Positions 26,667 through 37,000 of a stretch of DNA of 64,000 nucleotides are shown here, in pieces. Numbering within the stretch: position 1 is the first letter of the stretch; the number at the start of each line of letters is the position of its first letter. Both the position numbers and the translations under genes were made by a program. The notes under the pieces are model-generated. The model saw only the letters and a program-made list of their open reading frames with translations, was not told where the DNA came from and did not search any database. The DNA comes from Diadema antillarum (taxonomy: Eukaryota): the NCBI RefSeq assembly GCF_040938485.1, contig NW_027272332.1, positions 310,001 to 374,000 of the forward strand, written 5' to 3'.

Positions 26667-27003
26667 AAAGTCACAGTTCAGTGTCTCACTGAAATCTAAA
26701 CAGATTTGAATATGCAAGTGTCAAAATTGATTGTATGATACAATCAATTTCACACTTGCATGTTCAAATATATATATATATATATATAGCGAAAACTTCT
26801 GACCACACGAGCAAACAGAGTTAAGGGTTTGGGACGAACACCGATCTAGGGCTTTCAATAGCTCAGTCGGTAGAGCACCGGTCTAGTAATCCGGAGGTCT
26901 CGGGTTCGAATCCCGATGAAAACCCATTTTCTTTGCTCAAAAAGTTTTCGCTGTTTATTATTACAATTGTTTCTGGTCAGTTTTTCCTTCCTTGTTTCAA
27001 AAC

Positions 27004-27047
<44 letters not shown>

Positions 27048-29875
27048 TATATTTGTGTGTGTGTGTGTGTGAGTGAGTATCTTTCATCAATGGAAAAACT
27101 TACAAATTGCCTGCATCCATTTCGCCTGATTTTAACAAATAAGCTACAATAAGACTATCAACAGTTGATCATTCTGTTGACGACTTCCTTCTATATGTCG
27201 GATTATCTCCGAAGTATAATGACGTAAAGAGTCAGCCATGTTCGGTTTCTTGTTTGGTTTGATATAGTACTTCTACATAAAATCATCAATTAAGTAGCCT
27301 AACATCCAGCAGCATAACGTAATCAAGTCGACACCAAAACAGAGGGGAAATACAGTAATGCAGGAGTAAGAGTGGGTGTGTGTAACATCTGTAGATAAGG
27401 TGGTAGGTCTTAAATGTATCGGGGAAAAAATATGTCTTTCTGCCTGAATCTATGATGGCAAGTATAGAAAACCTCATGTGAACGGTGTACAGACAGAGTT
27501 TTATGTGACCTTTTCAAAGACGGGAAGATACCGTTCCCTGGCTTCTTTGAGACCGCGCTGCAATTCTTGGTCCTTCCTCTCTGGCTCAAAGAATTTGAAC
27601 ATTACAAGGCCTGCCTTCAGCATGTCTCGGGCTCCATGCGACAACATTTCAATCCTAGAAAAGAAGAGATAACAGCTTTTTTCATGCCACGTCAAGTAAC
27701 GTGACATTTTTGCATCCCTCTTCAGAAAGACAAAATTTCGCCTGAATAGACATGGCAAGAAGATCATTTTCTCTTTGCCTTTTTACGAGCTTGTATCTGG
27801 ATAAGTCAAACACAGTTTCCACAACCTTTCACTCTTAAAATGAATGACAATGTATTACTAAATGTATAATTATATACTGTGACATTGCTAAGCGAAAGAA
27901 AGTGGACATGAAAGGATAAGATTACACCGGAAAGCATTACTCATGCTTTCCTAAAGTGGAAATAGTCACAATCACTATGCAAATTTATAAGATGAGGCGA
28001 GGCTTTAGTTTATCGTCCATTGACTTATATATAGACACGTTAATCAATTTCCATGCTTGAGGTCAACTCATTGCAGGGTACATTATCTTTGCAATGTTGG
28101 CTTTATAAGGGGAGAATTGTAGTCGGACCTATATTATGTCAGCTACCAAATACATGTCCTTTGTAACACACTTCTGTATACTATTTTATGAAGCCTGTGA
28201 GAAAATTGTGAAAATATTAAAATCAACACATTTTAATTTTTTTAGCACAATGAAAGGGCACTTGACTCGCTTCTCTTAGAAAGCAGGGTGAACAAGAACC
28301 ATTTACATAATATGTCAAGAACAATTAAGTCCAGGGAAATTGTACTTTTTGCGACTTTTTTTGTTGTGGGGGGGGGGGTATTGCTCACTTGATCTCTTCG
28401 TCAGACGTCTTGCCCATGAGTCCTCCTTTCTTGCAAACATAGCGGATGATGCAATCACTCCCGATCAAATTTTTGCCGTCGATTTCGAGGAGAGGGATTT
28501 GTTTAAACATCAGTTTCCCGGCTTGACAAATAAAAGGGACCAGAAAAAGGAGAAAAGAAAGTCATGGCAAGAAGGCAATTTCCGGGACGTCTCCAAACAT
28601 GGTGACAACTTATTTGACGTCGCCAAAATGCCTCCACGACATCTCTGATACGTCTACTTAGTCGCGGAGACGTCTCCACAACGTCTACACATCCTCGCCG
28701 CGTGTATAGGTGTCCATGGGTCTCCGCAAGTCGCGGACAAAATTAGTCTCCGCGACTTGGTCGCAACTAAGGAGACGTCGCGGAGACGTCTACGAGACCA
28801 ACCGGAGACTATACAGTGCTATAGAAAAAGTCTCTGAAAAAATGGACATGTTCGATTCTCTCGCGATTCCCCGCATGGAGACCAGGCTAGTCCTGTCGCA
28901 GGGAACGTCACGGAGACGTCTCCGAGACCAGCGAGACTCGAGTCGCTACCAAATTATCTCCAATTTTTGTAGTCTTACAAACAGCAAGACAACTGAATAT
29001 CTAGAGCCTTTAATAGTACTCACTCTCGATTAGTTTCAGAAAATCTTCTCTCGTCGCCAGGTAGGCATCCTCGTACTGAAGAGAAAAATACAAGACAGAG
29101 AGAGATGACGAAAAGATAAGAAAAAACAAATACACATTCATGAATATTAATCTGCAGCTGGTAGGCACGCAAAAGATAATGGCGCGGTTGGTGCGTTCCC
29201 TAATAATATTGAGAGGAGGTCTTGTGGTTCAGTGGATAAGACAAGGGACAATTATCACTTATACAAGGTCCCTGGTTCGAGTCACCTAGCAACAGCCGTT
29301 GTGCCCCACTCTAAGCACGGCACCTTATCCTCACAGACTCGTCATTTAATTCAGTTCAGTTCAAATATATTTTTATTTTTCCACAAAGCATACATTTCTC
29401 TTGCTTTTGTCACAGAGAATAAGGAAAAAAGGGGGCAATATGAAATGAAGTGAACAGAGTATACAACAATAGTGAAGCGTTATAGTAATTATACATTGTA
29501 ATACTGAAATGATCAGGATGAAGTGAACAATATGCAATATGCCCCCTCAAAAAAAATGGAGGGAGGGACCCGCTGAAAAATACAATGTTTGTAGAATGTG
29601 GGCCTCCGTGGGGAAAAAAAAAGATCAGTATATAAACATAAAAATTTTATGTTTAGTCAAAGAAGAAAACGGGTTTGAACAGCTTACATATTAATCTCCT
29701 AGCTCCGTAAGTATTCTATAGTAAACAACATAAATATGGCTCTGCTGGCGGGTTTGGAACACGTACCTGTGTTCACAGACCTCACCTCTATTTTGGCGGC
29801 AGCCAGTGCGATCCGTATGGCTGACGAAAATCCCCTGCTAGCTGTGTATGTTAACCGTGGTTTCGAGTCCGCCAT
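25500..29875 (-). CDS. GSTA: Glutathione S-transferase, alpha-class-like, copy B (226 aa)
   Basis: Exons 29875-29786, 29075-29024, 28521-28389, 27654-27510, 26553-26416, 25622-25500 (90/52/133/145/138/123 nt), GT-AG, open frame. MADSKPRLTYTASRG...KLMFKQIPLLEIDG...RERYLPVFEK...FLVGDCLSMADI...VKDIFSWV*. Confidence 0.95.
25835..26215 (+). mobile_element. Dispersed repeat fragment with a TTAA|AGGTC terminus (GST-B intron 5)
   Basis: A reverse-complement copy lies at about 35285-35672 (shared TGTTTACCTTTGGGA and GTTTCATCTGCAAATGGTAA). Confidence 0.7.
26704..26769. repeat. Near-perfect 66-bp palindrome next to the tRNA-like cassette
   Basis: ATTTGAATATGCAAGTGTCAAAATTGATTGTA-TGA-TACAATCAATTTCACACTTGCATGTTCAAAT. 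Confidence 0.85.
26849..26926 (+). tRNA. tRNA-Thr(AGT)-like sequence, probably a pseudogene or SINE head, in GST-B intron 4
   Basis: A box (TAGCTCAGTCGGTAGAGC), anticodon loop CT-AGT-AA (26885-26887), variable loop AGGTC, T arm TCGGG-TTCGAAT-CCCGA and a downstream TTTT. The acceptor stem is irregular (extra base and a mismatch) and the anticodon stem has a T-T mismatch. Confidence 0.55.
28575..28975. repeat. Palindrome-rich repeat element in GST-B intron 2
   Basis: Repeated GAGACGTCTC, GTCGCGGAGAC and CGCGAC motifs in both orientations. It has no counterpart in GST-C intron 2. Confidence 0.6.
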
Positions 29876-30143
29876 GGCCGTTGCCGATGGTACGAATATG
29901 AAGAAAGCAAACACAGCACGCTGAGCACACGACACAACAGGGCAGTCCTATGATCTCACGTTGCCAATTTGATTACACAAGATCAATTTTCCCTTAGATA
30001 CGCGTGTTAACAATAATGAAATGAAAAAGAAAATAATGAATGGTTCAATTATGTCGAAATTATATTCTATGATTTTGTTCTGATTGGTCAATGTTTCTAG
30101 CATTAAGGGACCGACTTCTTTGACATGTTCCCGTTTCCCCTAA

Positions 30144-30772
30144 AGGGTAATTCCCGACCAGCTAAATGTTAGTCTGATAACAAAGAGTTTAATTCTAAAA
30201 CCTTAACAAATGAAAATTTGTTCAAAAATTATCAGTTAAAAGTGACCAGGATTAAGGAACAAGTTCGATGAACGTAACATTGTTGAGTTTCGCCAACTTT
30301 CATGAAATCGCTCTTGAATAGTGAGGACATGATTACATGCAAATGAGTGAGTTGACGATATCGTGGCTTCACAACTTCCCTCGTAGTGTGTACACAAATC
30401 TTAAAATTTCCAGGGGTTTTGTTGTTGTTGTTGTTGTTGTTTTGTTCAACGCCATACTGCTCCTGTGTCTGATCCTAATTCGTCTAGCTGATCATTTTGA
30501 AGTTATTCAACCAGGAATAGCGTGTTTTAAACATTTATAGCACGAACAAATATGGACTTTGATTTTATTATCGTACACGATTAACAAAAAATTGGGATGA
30601 CATCAGTAGCTCACTCAATCATTCGCATATTGCTTTACAACAATTCACGAAACTTCACAATTTCCTAATGTTAGTGATATTTGTCTACTACGGATTAGAT
30701 TTTCACTGTTGTGTTTATCAGATATTACTTTTTCCTTCCATACCAACTTTTAACTGGTCTGAAATTCCCCTT
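30144..30772. mobile_element. Degenerate relative of the 49845-50455 MITE, about 270 bp upstream of the GST-B ATG
   Basis: AAGGGTAATTCC...GTTAGTCTGATAA ... TAGCTCACTCAATCATTCGCATATT ... CTGAAATTCCCCTT. Confidence 0.6.
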
Positions 30773-31021
30773 TTAGAGCGAGAGAAGGCAGTGTCGTTTA
30801 TTGGAAACATTGAGAATTTAGGGCTTGAATTTTGAAGAAGTAATCCCTGTTGCAGCTTTTCGTGGGAAGCTATACTGGGATGGTACACGGTGACATCAAC
30901 GGCCAACGCACAGAGTGTATTTACAGTCTGATGGCAAATATACTAGTAATCAGTTATACAAAATAAAAATTTTGCCATGTGCAAGTAAAAACCAAACCGG
31001 TGGATTTATGCATTCTGGATC

Positions 31022-31290
31022 CTACTGGGGGCTGCATATGTTCCGAATAGATGAGAGGGCAGCCTCTTGGAAAGCAGTACGTGTTCTTGAAGTAATTGTA
31101 GAGTATGGTAGGCGGTTCCACAGTTTTGTTGTTCTTCGGGAGGAATGAATATTTGTATGGATCAATTGTAGCTTCCGGGACTGTGTATTTGAGGAGGCGG
31201 TCATTTCTGCCAATATAAGTTGCTGGGATTATGATGGCTGGGAGGGAGATGTTCACCTGTTTATGTTGTATTTTGTAAAACATTGTTGCT
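31022..31290 (-). mobile_element. Frameshifted LINE (L2/CR1-group) ORF2 C-terminal remnant
   Basis: YKYSFLP in one frame continues as RTTKLWNRLP in another, matching the YSFFPRT..WN.LP motif. Confidence 0.65.
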
Positions 31291-32332
31291 TGTGCAAGAA
31301 GACGGCGGGTGAGTAACAGGTCCCAGTCTAACTTGGATAGTAATGGTGTGACAGGAGATGAACGTCTGTAGGGGGTTAAGGTGCGGTTTGGGGAAAGTGA
31401 AGGGGTTGTGTATACACAGATGGTGCCAAATAGTTGAAAACGTTTACAGTTCGTTATTTCGGAGGTTCCTTTATGATGAAATTAAATGAAAATGAAATAA
31501 GGTTCATGAATCCGAAGGTTTGTTAGTAGGACGTATACGCACCGCCTTTCCATTTTCCTGCTGAAAACGGAATGATTTTGGTCTTTCTGACAGTGTATAC
31601 GGTACAATAAAAAAGGTTTCTGGTGTGTTTGGTTGTGTTTTTTTTTCAGTGAAATTGCGGACTACGTCTCAGACCTTTATTTGACGTCAATGCCGATCCA
31701 CCATATACCAGCGATGCATGATGTCCATTGTGTTGTAAATACTAACAACTACATATTGTTATGTATGATGTCTCCAACTTTCATCTGATATTTCACACAG
31801 ATCACTCTACAATCTTCTCGTTCCCATGGTTACACTGAGTTACTCTGACACTGTTTTCTTCAGATTTTATCATATAGCACATCGCCATCTCCATCTGCTA
31901 TAATGGTATAGGCGCCCACTGTTTTGTAAAGGCATAACGTTTATAAACTTCAGCATTTGCACCTCTGCAAAAATGTTACATTGAACCCTTCCGGAACGAA
32001 TGAAGTGTTATTCTGTTTTTAACTGTACATACGTGCAGATATCTCAAAGCGCTTTTGTATCCATCGCACTAAATCAATATTAATCACACTATGATGATAA
32101 TGATTACAAGGTTTATAATAACATTTTTCACACGCTAGAAAATCTTCTCATGAGGTCAGGCAGACAGCTCCATACTATGGCAGAATTTATTCAGAAACGA
32201 AAATGAGAGATGTTCCGAGAGTCAGTTGTATAATGATGACAGTTACCGAGTATTACTTGTTAACAGTTAACCCAAGTATTAATACACTATCACAATATCA
32301 TATTTATCTACACGATGAGTAAGGCCACTTTT

Positions 32333-32335
<3 letters not shown>

Positions 32336-32390
<55 letters not shown>
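32336..32390. repeat. (CA)n microsatellite; other (TA)n tracts at 26585-26662, 26767-26787, 27008-27050, 40650-40690, 62415-62475 and poly-C at 4900-4950
   Basis: Direct reading of the sequence. Confidence 0.95.
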
Positions 32391-32393
<3 letters not shown>

Positions 32394-33661
32394 GACGCAC
32401 AATTACACACGTATACATAACGCCCTTACACATCTACGCCCACACACACATTCAGATGAACAACGCATTTTGTTAAATACATTGTACAGTGTAACTAGAC
32501 AATGTTCAAGTATGCAGATATCATGATTGCGTATTACTATCAATTTGCAAACACCTTCGCTTGGACCTTCCAAAGGAAACAATGAAAGACATTTTTTCTA
32601 TACTTGCATTTTATTACTTAAACAACTGTGGAACGATCGATACATTTCACGGTTAGTGAACAGACTGACAAAACATGACATGAACATTTTTTCTCGGCAG
32701 CTTCAAATTCCCTGAGTGCCAGTATGATGGTTCACGTTCGATCAGCCACATAACGACAGGAACGGCTGATACATTTCACACATAAGCCAATCACGTAACA
32801 GAAGTTTATACACAAGGTCATGTCAGTGACATTAAAAAGGTTTAAAATCAATCTATTAGCGGTTCAAGACCCGTGTTGCTTGAAAAGTTTTTACCAGGTA
32901 ACAATGATGGTTCGAATCCACTTTAAGTACGATCTTTAGGGCAAACTGCTTTCAAAGACAAAGACATGTCATTGCCCAGCGATGCCAGGAAACATTATAC
33001 CCCTGTAATTGTACAAGAGGGATAGAGACCATAAAATATCTTGCCCGAGGAAGTATACGCATCGGGCGGGTTTGAAACTATAGCTTCTCCTATTCAACAG
33101 TGTTTGAGATTTCTACAATGCGTTAAATTATACCAGGTACAAGGCTTAATAATCCATACACTGTACTACGAACACTCTCTCTCTCTTTCACAGAAATACA
33201 AAAATAAAATAATTCTTATCTTTTCATAAAGAGTTGTAGTGGAAGATAGAAAATAAGAAAATCATCCTTTGCATCAATTACATTTTGGTAATAAAACAAA
33301 ATAAAGAGGAAATATTATCTATAGCACAGATTACAGAGATGCAATGACTATCATGCTCTAAAAGGAGATGGTTACAGTTGCTTAATCCTAATTTTAAGTT
33401 AAAGTAAGAGTTTTGAAACGTTATGAGACGATAACATTGTTACTATTAGGGCAGCCTCTTGTAATCTGCATATACCTGGTTGCGAATGGTATGAACGTTT
33501 TGTGAAACTTCAGCATTCAACAATCTGCTGTTTTGCTGTCCACCATATCTCTTGAAACCTTGCACTGTCCTGCTGGTTTCATTCTTTACCCTTCTCCCTA
33601 CCGCCAACGTGCTATAGGAAACATGGACTAAGAGTTTCCGTTAAAGAATGCATGTCCTTAA

Positions 33662-34058
33662 AGGGATAGTAGAGTTTCAGGTGAGATGGGGCTTCAGGTT
33701 TCTAACCTTTTTTGATGATAAGTTTTTTGAGATGATGGAAAGCCTCTTATTAGATATGAAAGATCATATAATTCTCAGAGGAATTCAAAGATAATTTGAT
33801 GAAAATAGGTTTTGAAACGGCTGAGATATAAAAAAAGCGATCCTACTATAAAGGTGGGACCCACCTTTTACTAGGATCGCTTTGTTTTTGTTTGTTTTTA
33901 GATATCTCGGCCATTTCAAAACCGATTTCCATGAAGTAAACGATGAATTATTCCTCTTAGAATATGTATGCTCTTTTGCATTTCACAAAGTGGTTTCTAA
34001 GTATCTTGCAAAAAGTTAGAAGCTGAATCCTCACCTCAACCGACACTATATCATCCCT
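33662..34058. mobile_element. Palindromic TTAA-type MITE 30 bp past the GST-C stop codon
   Basis: TTAA|AGGGATAGT ... ATCATCCCT. The centre of symmetry is near AAAGGTGGGACCCACCTTT. Same family as the copies at 2193, 43835 and 44332. Confidence 0.85.
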
Positions 34059-34087
34059 TTCAAAGAAATACGATCTACTTGAACAGA

Positions 34088-37000
34088 CTATGGTATGAGA
34101 AAGACGCCCTTCACTTCTTGCACGTGTTCGTCGGACGGGGGAGGGAAGTTGCGAGGACCAGTCATGAACTCCTTCAAACCCGGTTGACTTCGAAAGTGCT
34201 CAATGAAAGCCTGCACAGATGCGATGTGAAAGGGAACAAAGAATAAACCACATGCATATATAAGAAGACAATGATAACTCTGGTCAACAAACAAAAAACA
34301 CGTTATTAGGAGTGAGTAACATGGAAGAAAGCGCGTGTTCTGTTTATTTCATTTGCATAATATTAGTTCATTTTCCTTTTTTGCAGGGGGAAGGTAGATT
34401 CTTGAGCTAGAGAGAGCGAGACAATGGCCCCAGGAGACGAAAAGATAAGCAATAATGACGTGCTATGGTCTTGTGACTGATGTTAATACATCTTGAGCTT
34501 ATATACTGATGTATCACGCTTAACGCCGGTCCACGAGAACTGAATAATGGTAGAAACAAAGCCAGTTACAAGGAGCAAGTGATCCAATATTCTCACATGT
34601 CTTACCATGATGTGTTCTTTATTCAAAACCCATTGTTCAACGCTTTACTTCACAACAAAATTTAAGAATTATTGTCAGTGGTCTCTTCGATGGAAACAAA
34701 CTTAAAAACCATAACGTCAATTTGAAATTGAAATTGAATTCGAGCTCACTCTGCACTTGGGGAAGTTAGCTAGCTCTTTCTCCAAGGCGGGATCGTCGCT
34801 GATAATGCTCACGGAATCGTAGAACACGATGTCCGCCATGGACAAGGAACCACCGACCAGGAATCCAGACGGATTGACTGTTAGGGTCTGGAAGATGCAA
34901 AAAAAAAAAATTACATTACACAAAATATTTTAGTGACAACTAATAACTAGCCGACAGCCATTTCGCCTAATGCCAACAAGTATAAGCCTTACTGCAAATA
35001 CCATATTATATTCCAGTTGACGACTTTCTGCTTGATAATGTAGTTCTAATCGTCAGATTATATCCGAAGTATGTTCTATCATCAAAATGACATAAGGGTC
35101 AACACAATTGCGGCTATGATATGTTACGGTTCAGTTTCACTTTCACTTTTTATTTCTCAACTTGTACAAATGAAATAGTTATGACAAAATCAACAATTTT
35201 CACATCAAAATGGGTTGTACACAATAATACTAAGAAAAATATACAATTACGTATATGACGTATACGCACAAACTACATATCTTTTCAAGGCATGATTACC
35301 ATTTGCAGATGAAACAAAAACCCAGCATTGGTGCTTCAAAATAGTTTTAAAATGTTAGTTAGGGAAAGAAACAACCAATGTAAAAATTTGAATCAGTATT
35401 ATCAATGTTAAGTATTGTTAAATAAATGTTAATGTGAACAATAGTTACAATAAAAATGCTTCTAGACCAAACCGTCTGCAGTTATGGTTTATTGAGAAAA
35501 ACAGTCATATCTCCTTGAAAATACACAAATATAGGCTTTACTGCAAAAACTTTATATGGTAGGATGTTTTTGTGATACCGTTTACTGACCTACACATATG
35601 CATCAAATTAATGTGATATCTTTAACATTTTTTACATCACTGCTCCCAAAGGTAAACAGGATCGACCTTTAAAAGCAAATTAATGTTAAGGTATACAGGT
35701 GCATGGAGGAGACTGTCATTCATAAGCAATTCCCTTGACTGGGATTACAGTCTCTTGGGGATATCTTAAAAAATGATAATTCTCACTTAAATTTAACTGC
35801 AAGAGCAACACAAATACGCAGATAAACAATCTATAGATACATTACAGAATTACGCCTCAAACCAAGGCAATAACACCAACGTGTCGGAGCAAAGCAAAGG
35901 TGTCTTATATGCCCGAATAATTCAATTTGTTCTTCTTCAATTTGACTCAGTCTGTCCTCTTCATAAAGTTATTTGGCAGAATAATTTTAATGCCCACACC
36001 AGTCATAGTGCAGCATAATGCAGTGACGCAGAAGTCCTGTAACAAATCACTCGTACCAGAGTGCGAAACAACTGTAAAGAGAAGGCGGTAGTTTTCATGG
36101 TAATGGTATAGTAGTAATTTTGCCTTTCTGCATGGATATGTATTTATGGTAGTGCGTTTTTGAGCTCCATAGACCCTGTGTGTGACAAAGAGCGTTGTCT
36201 CACCTTTTCAAAGACGGGAAGATACCGCTCCCTGGCTTCTTTGAGACCGCCCTGCAATTCTTGGTCTTGCTTCTGTGGTTCCACGTACTTGTGCATCACG
36301 AAACCTGCTTTCAACATGTCTCTTGCTCCCATAGACATCATTTCAATCCTGGGATAAGAAATTAAAAGGTAAAATAACGTTAATTTACACGACATCACGT
36401 GACAATGGCGGATCCAGGCGGGGACGCACCAGGCGCACCCCCCTTTATCTTTATTTTTTGTTAAAACAAAAAAATAGATAAAAAGAAAAAATGGGAGTGG
36501 GGTGCGTGCGCTTCCCTTTAATTTTGCAAAGGCTCCCCTACTTTACGGAATTCCTGGTTCCGCCCCCGCGTGACATGCCATGTTTGCATCCTCTTGTAAG
36601 ACAGACAAAATATTTGTAAAACTTCCCTGCATTGGTCTTCCCCAGATGTGACAGGTCCAGATGATAATAATAGTTTGCTTTGCGCACTTTTATGAAGTTG
36701 TATCTGGATAAATCAGACATATTTTCTTCAACTCCACATTAAAGTGAAATGTTACTTCATGTTCACTCTCACCTCAAATAGAAAATGTAAACGGTATTCT
36801 CTGTTTAACTTCATCGAAGCTGGATATAGAATTACACTTTTGCCAACAGAAAATATCACAAAGTATTAACAAGGTAATAGTGGTGACGAGGATATGCAAA
36901 TTAGAATAGGTTATGTTATATTTTACAAAAGAATACACATGACACAGGGCGTTAGCAAGGATTATCCACCCGATATAGTAACTTTGGATCAGTCGGAAAC

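Noticed and set aside
26849-26926. Fully functional tRNA-Thr gene
   Set aside because: The irregular acceptor stem and the anticodon-stem mismatch argue against it, so it is kept only as tRNA-like.
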